From Felis catus (lineage: Eukaryota), in NCBI RefSeq assembly GCF_018350175.1, contig NC_058368.1, forward strand, positions 189,908,001 through 189,972,000: a stretch of 64,000 bases of DNA, in the 5' to 3' direction. Made by a program: the position numbers and the translations under genes. Positions within the stretch are counted from its first letter, which is position 1. Every line of letters begins with the position of its first letter. The notes under the pieces were generated by a model. The model was not told the DNA's origin, made no database searches, and saw only the letters and a program-made list of their open reading frames with translations. Of the stretch, positions 53,071-64,000 are shown in pieces.

Positions 53071-53522
53071 GTAGTTCTTGATTGCAACACAATTATACAT
53101 CACCCCCCCCCATAAGATTTGTTCCAAATACTAATAAGAACAATTGTTGCACTGCTTACCAAGTATCAATTTTTAGCACAGTATAACACATGTCTGCATT
53201 TCCAAAACCTTACATGGTAGTAGGCATCATGAGAGAAAAGCCCAGATAAGCAGTTTTTCTTTATCAAGGCTGTCAAAGGTAAGAAGCCTGAGGCTGATAA
53301 TAGATAATAGTTCTAGTGAGTCACAAACTTACTTTGCCATTTAGTTTCTGTTGGGACTTGGTAGTAGTAAAAGAACAGATGGATACATGAAGTGGTTGAG
53401 GAGTTATCTTGGGAACTTTCCAGGCCCCAAAGAGGAGCAGTTAAGTGTGCTCAATTAGTCTGTGTGCAAGGAAACACGTGGGCAAGGTATGATCTAATTC
53501 CTTTTTTGTCTTTCTGCTGCAG

Positions 53523-53904
53523 CACGTGCCCTTATAGTCGGCCTCCCTTTGGCTATGGAAATTTTCCAAGTTCAATGCCAGAATGCCTTGGTTATTATGA
53601 AGACAGGTACCAAAAACACGAGGCTATGTTTTCAGCTTTAAATAGAGACTATCCTTTTAGAGACTACCCAGATGAACGTACACACAGCGAAGATTCTCGG
53701 AGTTGTGAGAACGTGGATGGGACCTCTTACTATAACAGTCATAGCCACAGTGGGGAAGAATACTTAAATCCTATGCCTCAGCTGGACATTGGAGCCTTGG
53801 AGAACGTCTTCACAGCCCCAACGTCAACTCCCTCTAGCATCCAGCAAGTCAATGTCACTGACAGTGATGAGGAGGATGAAGAAAAAGTGCTCAGGAATTT
53901 ATAA
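53523..53904 (+). CDS. SOX30: SOX30 exon 5 coding part (to stop TAA)
   Basis: Branch-like CTAAT at 53494, pyrimidine tract, then tgcag|C. AG+C makes Ser, then TCPYSRPPFGYGNFPSSMPECL...TDSDEEDEEKVLRNL*. Confidence 0.96.
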
Positions 53905-54780
53905 TTTTAAAACAAATATGCACAGAAAATAAACATTTCTTAAAATATACTCTGGGTCAGTTGGTGTGAGAAAAAAAAGCCTAGAAAGCTTTGCTGAGGG
54001 TTTTCAGCCATGATATGAGGGGTCAAAATCAAACGTGATATATGCCTTCATAAAGATTTGATTAGTGAAACTGGAGTCCTGATGTTTCATCGTAGGAATA
54101 TTTAAGATATAAAGTAGTTTATTTTTGTGGCTGAAATTTGCATCAATATATATTATCATTACTTTATCTTGGAATGTGAAAAATACTGAATCCTCACAAT
54201 TATATTTGAAGGGATAGGGAGTGTATAGCTGGCATGATAAGTGTGATTTGTATTTCATCTCAACATACATTTATTTATTTTTCTTATATGATTTTTTGTT
54301 TGGTGTTTATGTAACATTTATGGATATTGTCAGTTTTTATGTAACATTTTGAAAGTATTTTGATAACTTTTAGTAGTGAATTTGGACTCAATTGCTAAAT
54401 TTAATTTATGTGAATAACCAATTATAAGTTGCAAATATGTTTTCATGACACTGGGTTAAGTCCTTCAGCTAAATTAGTCATTTCTGTTCCTAAATATTTT
54501 CATCATCTTTTTTGGATTTATTTTTCCATTTGGTATGCATTGTTCTACTTTTGTTATAATTAAATAAACATAGATAAAATTGTTCTTGTTGGATGTTTTC
54601 TGTTTGGGGGATAGAAATAAGCAAAATGAATACTGTTCAGGTGCGGATGGTTTCCATACCACGTGCAGATTCTTATTAGATATTTATTTTTATTTAATAG
54701 TCTCCAGAATTGCACAGATTCTATTAGCTTACACGAGACTTAAAACTGTATCAATAAAGATGTTGTGCACATATTCTGAT
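53905..54780 (+). other. SOX30: SOX30 3'UTR (probable extent)
   Basis: Repeat-free, AU-rich sequence after the stop, ending near AATAAA 54753-54758, which is followed by a T/GT-rich tract. Confidence 0.55.
54753..54758 (+). terminator. Polyadenylation signal (best candidate)
   Basis: AATAAA preceded by TGTA and followed by GT/T-rich sequence. Alternative AATAAA at 53928, 54563, 54929 and 55288. Confidence 0.55.
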
Positions 54781-55494
54781 GCCGTTTTCAAACTCTTTTC
54801 ATGTGTGTACATGTGACTTAAGCACTACCCCAAATGGAAAAACTCTTCCAGGTTTGGTTCAAACAGCTGTCTCTAAAACCATGGAGTTCATGGAAGAGCA
54901 CATGGAATTTTTTTAATTCACAGTGAGCAATAAAAATCCTTCTTGTGATGTGTCCTCATGGCAAGTGGCCACTGTGGATCGAGAGAACCTATTTAGAACA
55001 GGATCAGGACCACCAGAGTTGGGATCATGGTAGAAGAGATCTACAAGGCACCTAACCAAGGATCAGAAATATCCACAAACCAATACACTTTTCCCTCAGT
55101 GATCTGTATAATTTATGCAAATTGAGATCTTGTTACTTAAAACTGCTTGGAAATTATATATGGAAACCTGTTCTAAGCTTCCAACATCTTCCTTTACTAA
55201 GTCTGTATTTGTTCCTTAAGGAAAGGTTGTTAATGTAATATATTTCATCAACCCTATACTTAATTGTATGTAATATTTCCTCTTCCCAATAAAATTTTAT
55301 TTTCATATTTTATATTTTTTATTACTCTGTGCAATGTCATTTCAATGTGGTTAAAGAGCAAAATTTGAATTTATTGATAGGGCAAACATGTAACCCCACA
55401 TTGGAACTAAAGTGACATTTGGTTGTCTTCACAGTTGATGTTTATAACTAAGGGAAAATGTGTGTGTCAGCTTGACCCATTTTATCCCATCTAA

Positions 55495-55741
55495 TTTTTT
55501 TTACTGTTTATTTATTTATTTATTTTAACATTTATTTATTTTTGAGACAGAGAGAGACAGAACATGAATGGGGGAGGGTCAGAGAGAGAGGGAGACACAG
55601 AATCTGAAACAGGCTCCAGGCTCTGAGCAGTCAGCACAGAGCCCGACGCGGGGCTCGAACTCACGGACTGCGAGATCATGACCTGAGCCGAAGTTGGACG
55701 CTTAACTGACTGAGCCACCCAGGCGCCCCAGTTTATTTATT

Positions 55742-55788
<47 letters not shown>

Positions 55789-55965
55789 GTGGGGGAGGGG
55801 CAGCAAGAGTCAGGGCGGGGTGGGGGGAGGGGAGACACAGAATGTGAAGCAGGCTCCAGTCTCTGAGCTGTCAGCACAGAGCCCAAAGTGGGGCTCGAAC
55901 TCATGAACCATGAGATCATGACCTGAGCTGAAGTCACTAAACTGACTGAGCCACCCAGGTGCCCC
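55495..55965 (-). mobile_element. Two tandem/nested Can-SINEs
   Basis: Reverse SINEs 55495-55730 and 55731-55965. Outer TSD TATCCCATCT. Confidence 0.9.
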
Positions 55966-57789
55966 TATCCCATCTCATTTTAATAATACCTTAGTGATGA
56001 AATGGGGTTTTGATACAGATCTTATTCTTATAGACAAATTGGTTGGGGTAAATCCCTTTGTAAGGCAGCTGAATGTTACAGAGCATAGTTTAGTGTTTTC
56101 CCTGTCTACCTTCAGGCTAGACCTGTACCACCAATTCCTTCCTTCTTGTACTTAATGGCTGTTGAGGATGAGCAACAGTGCTGGGATCACATGACAAGAG
56201 TTTAGATTATATACAGATCCACAAGATAATTTGGGCTGGAAAATATAGGTAGCTCTTATGGAGAGAAGTAACCCAACTGCAGATAAGCATGCCTTGCTAC
56301 AAATGCCCATATCTGCTCATTTATAGCTCTTTAAATCACTGTTGGCTCTGACTAGAGATCTACAGACTAAACAAAGCCCTGCCCTGTTGGCACTAATTCA
56401 TCTGCCTCTTCAAGTCATCAGAGTGAAATTTTCTAAGCTTGGAGCCACAAGCACTTTCTAATAGGTCTCATTGCCTTGTTTGTTCTTATGAATTAGAGGT
56501 AATACTTGTAATAAGAATAGCCTTCTTTAAAAGTGTGCTGAAATATCAGCATGTTCAAAGCATCAAACTTTTCTGTGCTTTTGACGAAGCTGCTCTGGCT
56601 AATTGCAAATTAAGGAAACCGTTTTCACTGAAAATGAAAATAAATTTAATCCCAATTTTCAAGTAGCCTAATTATCAAATTTAGAAGGGCAGGAGCAGTG
56701 CTTTTCCAAATGTGTTAGTTGGAACCCAAGCCATTTAGATATTCTGACAATATTTAAGTTTGGGAAACACATCCTACTCCTCTGCCTTGGGGACGGTTGT
56801 TAAAAGTCTCGCAGTGAAAAATCATGTTTAACAGTTTATTTCAGTGCTCCCCAAACTTATCTGGCTTGAGACCCCCTTTTTTTGTTTTAACATGTCTGCT
56901 AACATCTCACAGAATCCACTTTGGAAAATGCTAATACAATTACAGCCGGTGGCTTTGGTTTTCAACTGCTGACTTCACATGTGGTTTCCTGCATTGATCA
57001 CCTTAAATCCTTTATTGAAAGAAGGCAGTGGCTAAATAAACTGTTTTTTGTACTAAGTATCTGATGGTCTTAGAAGAGTCAAGAACTGAAACTTATAGTT
57101 GTAAGTTGCCTTTCTCTACTAAACTGGTTTTTTAATGAAAGTTGATAGATATTACATACAGGAATTCAAGTGGGCAAATGTGCTAAATTCCCATGCAAGT
57201 ATATTTTCCACAGTGTAAACCAGCTGTCAGTAGGATTATTCCTGAGCCAAAAGTATAAGCTACTTTTGAAAGTTGTAGTTTGGAACTGATGTTGAAATGA
57301 AATTCTGGGGATTCTATGAATTACTTGCAATATTTTAAAGTAGTATAATTTTGATATAGGCAGGGTAATTCTGAAAAATCTCTGGCCTATATTTTGGGAC
57401 AGACTGCTGAGGCACATCATTTTTTTAGCTTTCTGACTCATTTAAACTTATTCGATTTTAGAGAAATTTCAAAGGCTTCATAATAAAATCAGTTTTCTTA
57501 AAACAAACATGTAAGTAGTTACATTCTATCTAACTCTACTTGATGAAAACGTTCACATCCTCTAGACAGATGTACTCTTTATCTCTACATTCTGTGTTCT
57601 AACTACTTGACCCAACCTACCTGTCTCCTTTCTGATGAGTGTAATATACACAAATTCAGTAAACTTTTCACTCAGTGATGAATGCTTCTAGGAAAAGGGG
57701 AAAATTGTGTGTGTGTGTGGGGGGGGGTAGTTTCTGTTTGCTAAACCCTTTAGTCTCTGGCTCCTTCTCTGAAATTATTTTAGGAAAAT

Positions 57790-57985
57790 GTTGTTTTGTT
57801 TTGTTTTAATGTTAATTTTGAGAGCGAAAGTGGAGGAGGGGCAGAGAGAGGGGGAGAGAGGATCCCATGCAGGCTCCATGCTGTCAGTGCAGAGCCAGAC
57901 CCTGGGCTTGATCCTACAAACCGTGAGATCATGTCTGAGCTGAAATCAAGAATCTGACACTTAACTGACTGAATGAAACACACTG
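57790..57985 (-). mobile_element. Can-SINE (5'-truncated)
   Basis: Reverse SINE body lacking the extreme head. Confidence 0.8.
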
Positions 57986-58173
57986 AGAAATGTTTTATTT
58001 CTAAAAATAATGAACAGCATCTTACATGTATTCTTTTTCAAAGAAATATCTTCAAAGAGCTAAGATTTGCCTGTGTTCCCTGAGATACTGTGCAAGCTAA
58101 CACACCCATCCTGGAGAATGTCTTTTCTTTTAAGCTGTATCTAATTACATAGGTCATAGACAATGGAAAGGTG

Positions 58174-58284
58174 TAGGGTGACCAACATTTTCCCAGTACT
58201 GTGGGGTAAGGAGTCCCAGAACAAGGGACTTTCAATGCTAAAACCAGAAAAGTCCTGGGCAAATGAGACAAGCTGGCTATCCTA
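58174..58284. mobile_element. MER81-like hAT-Blackjack MITE
   Basis: TAGGGTGACCA...gggactttcaatgctaaaacc...TGGCTATCCTA; degenerate TIRs, about 110 bp. Confidence 0.75.
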
Positions 58285-58579
58285 ATAAATAAAATGAATA
58301 TAGAATCATCTAGAGGGTTGGCTTATGAAGACTGTACTATCCAAATTTAGAGTTTGAAATCATGATGCTTCTCTCACAAAAGCAGAGTATAGCTGAACTT
58401 GTGCAGGTTTAATAGAAAGGTGTGTGTGTGTGGGCAGGGGTGGGGATAAGTTACAGGACATGTAGGAACTATAAGAGAACTGAGGATAGCTAATTATTAA
58501 TACCTGTGGTGATTTAATCAGACAGTTCACCTTTACTTGGAAGACTAAAAGAAAAATAAAACCGTACCTTTTAGTGATA

Positions 58580-58656
58580 TTTATTTTTATTTATTTATTT
58601 AATGTTTTTATGTACTTATTTATTTTGAGAGAGAGATAGAGAGTGAGCAGGGGAGG

Positions 58657-58698
<42 letters not shown>

Positions 58699-59056
58699 CA
58701 AGCAGGCTCCACACTGTCAGCATGGGGCCCGATGTGGGGCTCGAACCCACCGTGAGATCATGATCTGAGCCGAAATCAAGAGTCAGGCACTTGGGGCGCC
58801 TGGGTGGCACAGTCGGTTAAGCATCCGGCTTCAGCCAGGTCACGATCTCGCAGTCCGTGAGTTCGAGCCCCGCGTTGGGCTCTGGGCTGATGGCTCAGAG
58901 CCTGGAGCCTGTTTCCATTCTGTGTCTCCCTCTCTCTCTGCCCCTCCCCCGTTCATGCTCTGTCTCTGTCCCAAAAATAAATAAAAACGTTGAAAAAAAA
59001 ATTAAAAAAAAAAAAAAGAGTCAGGCACTTAACCAACTGAGCCACCCAGGGGCCCC
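58580..59056 (-). mobile_element. Can-SINE (-) interrupted by a young felid SINE (+, 58793-59015)
   Basis: Perfect TSD AAGAGTCAGGCACTT at 58778-58792 and 59016-59030. Confidence 0.92.
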
Positions 59057-59259
59057 AGTGATATCTCATTTTATAATCCAGGGTGGGTAATAATCTTTGT
59101 TAATATGGAGTCTTTGTTTTAAACTTTCTTGCTGTTTTCCCCAGCAAAGGTAGAGAAATATTGGTCATAGTCTTTAGCCCGATGTAAGCCAGGGCTACTT
59201 GGCACAGATAATGTGCCAATTCTATACTTATTTAGGTATCTTTGAAACACTAGCCATGA

Positions 59260-59430
59260 TAGTGGTTTTCAAATGTGGTCAGTGTACCACTTCCCACAGA
59301 GTGATATGGGATGCTTGTTAAAAATGTAGTCATTTCCCAGACCTATGGAATCACAGTCTCTCTGGCTAGAATCCAGAAATCTGCACTTTTACTAAGTTCC
59401 TCAGGTAGTCATTAAGCACACCTACCTTTA
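59260..59430. mobile_element. MER5-like MITE
   Basis: agtggttttcaaatgtggtc...gcttgttaaaaatg...cccagacct...aatctgcacttttactaagttcctcaggt. Confidence 0.65.
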
Positions 59431-60817
59431 ACAGCAAGTAGTTTTGTGAGGCTTATTTCAAATTATATCTGTTATGAAAACAATATAACCACAATGGTTT
59501 TCAGAAGAAACAAAACAAAACAAAACTTACATCTACCCAATAATTGTTTTTATTTTATGATGTTCTTTCTAATATTTGTCCATATACACATTTTCCACAT
59601 AATTATATTCACAACACAAGTGCACTTTTGCATATACACTATTGTGTACTTCCTCAATATTTTATTGTGAGCTGTTTTTCATGCTCTATGGTTTTATAAT
59701 TGATTACCTTTCATGTTTGCACAATATTGCTTCAGGCTGATGTGCCATAATTAACCACATGAAAGAGTTAGGATTGTAGTTTTTTCCAAGTTGGTTTCAG
59801 TAATTTGTCCTAGCAGTTTCAATGATGTGATTTCAAAGTGAGTTCTCTTATAGACCAGAAGGAGTGGGGGTCCCTCCGAGTAGCCATTATTTCAGTGACA
59901 TGAGGGATTTTGATATCATTTTAGAGGTCATTTTAAAACAGAGCACTGAATGGTTGAGGTAGGCAGGCTCATTCTAGTCCGACTTTGGGTCACAATATGA
60001 AGGATGATGAGCAGAGCACTTGGAAAGAAAAATGTGGCCTAGTGTCCCATTGTGTTGAAGAGGACACACTAGTCCCTGTTTCTTGAGTCTACTTCATGAC
60101 TTACCTGGCCTAATGGCCTACTTGTTCTTCATAGCTCAGCTTAGAGATCTGCCCACTGCCTCTCAATGCTTTTCTTTTTTGGTAGTAGAACTCTATATTT
60201 TTAGCTATACTTTGTTTCTTGAAGCCAGGCATGGTCAAGTACTTAAGTTCTGGACTATAAGATGTCAAAGGAAGTTTCATATGCAACTTTCAGAAGGTAC
60301 CCATAAAGGGAGAGGTTATGCCCTTCTTTGCTCTGTTGTCCTTCTTGCTGGCTAGAATACAGAAGTGAGGGCTGGAATCTGAGCAATCACCTTGGAACCT
60401 ACAGGCCTCATGCTGAGGATGACAGCAAAACAAGAGATGAGTGTAAAGCACCATGCCAGCACAGGATTACTTTCCTCAAGACCTTTATGTAACAGAAAAA
60501 TAATTTCTTTCTAGTTTAATCCACTATAATTTTGTGTTTTCTGTCATATGCAACTGAACCAAATTTTAACTTATCCAGAATTCTTCCTTTCTGCAAAGTT
60601 TTCTCTAACCCTCAAAGACCATGTTAGTTGTTCCTGCTTTATATTTCCACAGCATCTTTGTTCATATATCCTGCTAAATTCTAAATTCCTTGAGGGCCAC
60701 TGGGGGCAAATATCCTAGAAACTAGAAAAATAAACACATGGTAGGCCACAGAATTACAGACACAGTTCTGTATTCTCAACCTCAGGGACTAATGGATTTC
60801 ATAGACTGACTGGGAAG

Positions 60818-60976
60818 CAGTGTTTCTCATGTCTGATTGCCCATAAGAATTACCAGGGAACTTAAAAAAAAACACCCTAGACCTCCAGAATTTGAATATT
60901 TGAGGAGGGGAACTGGGAGTCTGTATCTTTTAAAGGATCCCCCCCTCCCCCACCAGGTGATTCTGAATCCCACTGG
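60818..60976. mobile_element. MER5-like MITE
   Basis: cagtgtttctc...gaattaccagggaactt...tctgtatctttt...caggtgattct. Confidence 0.55.
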
Positions 60977-61394
60977 GCAATGGTTGACGAAATGGCATTT
61001 GGGTATACTAGAGGATAGTATCAGAATTTTCCTACCATCAACATTCTGTTTTCCTTTCCTCTTCATGCAATGCCTTTCCAAGCTCCAGCTTAATGTAAAT
61101 GCTGAAATGTCTTTGAGAATGGCTTTCAACACATAAAGCGGTGGAGAGAGACTGCACAGGATGGTTGTTATACCAATAATAAATATCAGCATGGAAACAA
61201 TTTCATTTTTTTTCAAAGCAGTTTCGTCATCTGTAACTATCTTGTTTCCTTGTTTATATTCTCCAACCCCAGCTGTGAGAAGCTGCAAGAGAATAGAAAC
61301 ATTGTCTTTTGTTCTTGATTAACGATCCCAGATACCCAGCCCTCTGCCTTGCAATGTAGTACATGCTCAGTAAGTATTTGTTGAATTATTTAAT

Positions 61395-61635
61395 AGAGAT
61401 ATAAGCTATACTTTTTTGAGCACCTGCTATGTGCCACTGTATCTAATATCACACTTAAGTGTGATTATCTCACTTAATCCTCATGACAAGCTTGTAAATA
61501 GGTGTTATCATCTTTATTTAGCCAGTGAAAAATCTGGAGATTTTAAAAAGTGAAGTGACTTATCCAAGGCAACCCAGCAAGTGAACAGAAGACTTGACAG
61601 TTGAACTTGAGTCTCTGCATCCAAACTCAGCATTC
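61395..61635 (-). mobile_element. MIR
   Basis: ttgagcacctgctatgtgcc...ttaatcctcatgacaa...gaagtgacttatccaagg. Confidence 0.75.
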
Positions 61636-62449
61636 TTTGTGCTTCACCATGTTACCCTTGCTGACAAACAATTCTGGAGAAAATCTAATTCAACTGGAAC
61701 TCACAAATTGGTGGAACTTTTCTTCCACCAGATATGGAAGTCTGAGCTACCATAGGATGAAAGAAAACATGAAAGGAAGCTGCAGGATTAAAGGGATCAT
61801 CAACTCATCCCTAATTTTGTCACTACCTTCCAGAGTGCCCTGGGTGCCTCCTACATTTTCCCTCTTGGGACCACCACTTCTCACATATTCTTTTCTGGAT
61901 CCTTTGCAGCCATGTGGCTGTGGTACAGACAATCCCAACAGTGCATTGAATTCACTGTTGGGTCCAGGGTTGGTTGAGCTGTTGAGCAGGCCAGTCAGAG
62001 CCTTCACAAGGAGTTTTCTAAGTGGACATGGTGGGACAACTTTGCCATCATAGAAAATGATTCTCTAAGAAGTGACTTTGGAGCTTCCCATGGCCATGTT
62101 TCCTCTGTGTAGGTAAGGTCTACCTTTGGTAGGAGCAAATGATGATACCAACACAGAAACAGAGGCAAGAAGACACAGAGAGAATCCAGACATTGAGCCT
62201 TTGCTTCCATTCACCACAAAGTTTAGCTTCACACTGTCACTGGTCCTTGAGCCAGTTAGCTTGTTCAAGCATTCTTTCCCCCTGTGGTGGTGGGTTTTTA
62301 TTTCTTGCATATTAATCTGGGCAAACACAGAAACATATAAAAATCCCCTTTGTGTGGTGCAAGGAGCCAGTCAACATCTTGAAATTCAGTGAATACTCCT
62401 TACAATGTACATTTTTCACATCTAGTGATGCTGTATAGAATAGTGTTTA

Positions 62450-62665
62450 AGGATTTCTATCAGGTTTTGGATCAGACATGACTGGGAAAGACTCTTGCTC
62501 CATCACTCTGGAACCATGTGACATTGGGCAAGTAACTTCACCTCTCTGAACCTGTTTTCTTTTCTGGATAATAATAATAATAATAATAATAATAGTAATA
62601 ATAATAATAATGCATACCTCATAGGATTGTTTTGTAGGATTAATGATAATACGCAATGTTGGGGG
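62450..62665 (+). mobile_element. MIR with an internal (TAA)n microsatellite
   Basis: tgtgacattgggcaagtaacttcacctctctgaacctgtttt...(TAA)n...tacctcataggattgtt. Confidence 0.75.
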
Positions 62666-64000
62666 CATATGTGGAGCAGTAGTGGTGTCCTGGTGTTTCC
62701 CTCTTATGTTTTAAGCAACACACAGCATCTCCTCCCCACTCTTCATAATGTCTTTGGGACACCTCCCAGTTGCTAGGACAAGGCCAAACCTGAGAAAATG
62801 ATTGGGAGGGAAAGAAATTTGTCCTACTCAGGTGTCCACCTGCCCCAGTATTTTGGCTTCTCTCTTTCCTTAAGATATAATGGTACAGTTGTCCAGAAGG
62901 TACTAGCCACTATCACCTCCTGACATTTGTATAAAGCCTTTCAGAACACTTTGCTTTCTCCTTTGAGTTTCATGAAAAACACAAGGCGAAGAAACAGAGA
63001 CCCACAAAACAACCATTGACTTGTCTCCCATCAAACAGCTCATTGTTGGAAGAGCAGAACTCAGGTGTGTTGGGGAGAAGTTCAACTTTGTATAGACACA
63101 GAATACATAAGTATTCACACATTTTCTTAAAATGTCTTCATATAGTGCTGAAGTTTCTTCATTCTAAATTTCTTCTTATAACAAACTACTCTGCGTGAAT
63201 TAGGAAAATACAGAAAAGCCTCAAATTCTGTCTTTCAGAACCACTATCCTTCCATAACTTTTCCTGTGCAAATATAGTTATACATATATTTTTTTCTAAT
63301 TATAGATAGACTTGTTATTTTCTGCTTATAAGAGTAACAATGTATATTGGAAAAAATTCATACTAGTAAACACCATAAAAGAGTATAAATGTAACCCAGT
63401 CATTCATATTCATTAATCACTTTGGTTTATATATTTTTGCAGACTTTTTCATACATATACCCCCATGGGTACAAAAATTAGATCATCACGGAACTCAACA
63501 TACAACCCCCTTATGCACTCCCTCTTTATTTTTATGTAATATGTCATAAACACTTTTCTACGACACTAGATTTTTAAAAAACTTGTTATTATGATAATTT
63601 CAAACTATATGAAAATAGTATAAACATTATAATACACTTCCTGTACCTCCCATCCACATTCGACAATTACCGATTGTATACTCCTTACTCCCTTTACTCA
63701 GTGGATTTTTAAAAAGCAAATTGCAAATATTATTTTATCCATAAATATTTCAGTATATATCTCTAAGGGATTAGGACTGTTTTTAAACAAATTGTAGTCA
63801 TTCATTAGTATTATCTAATATCCAGTGTTCAACTTTCCCAATTGTCTCATAAATGACTTTTTAAAAAATATAATTACATATTTTTATCAGGATTTAAGCA
63901 AGGTCTACTTACTGACTTTGTTTTAAACATATTCTAAGTCTCTTTTTCTTTATGTATTCCTAATGGTCTGTTTTGTTTTGTTTTTTATTAAAGAAGAAAC

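Noticed and set aside
53392..53522. Upstream extension of the exon 5 ORF and a donor-like AAG|GTATGA at 53487
   Set aside because: Intronic. The implied 36-nt intron is too short, and branch point plus pyrimidine tract support the 53523 acceptor.
60827..62053. 153-aa (-) and 150-aa (+) ORFs
   Set aside because: Non-ATG starts, overlap with MER5/MIR remnants, no protein similarity I recognise.

Overview
This is eukaryotic DNA from a carnivore, almost certainly a felid, judged by young SINEC_Fc-type tRNA-derived SINEs and felid-type L1 3' ends. It contains one complete protein-coding gene, SOX30, the testis HMG-box transcription factor, on the + strand. The five coding exons are 17583-18594, 20196-20435, 21626-21805, 28347-28839 and 53523-53904. 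All have GT-AG junctions with matching phases, giving 2307 nt and 768 aa. A CpG-island promoter carries CRE, RFX X-box, MYB, SOX, paired CCAAT and CHR motifs. The rest is mostly interspersed repeat (L1, L2, MIR, Can-SINE, MaLR/ERVL LTRs, hAT MITEs). The most unusual structure is a four-level nest in the 24.7-kb intron 4: an ancient sense L1, then a truncated L1 carrying a 3' transduction, then a terminus-to-terminus L1 whose 5'UTR looks spliced (SpIRE-like), then a SINE. No prokaryotic-type systems, CRISPR arrays or structural RNA genes were seen. Repeat family names come from visual recognition, and boundaries without TSDs are approximate.
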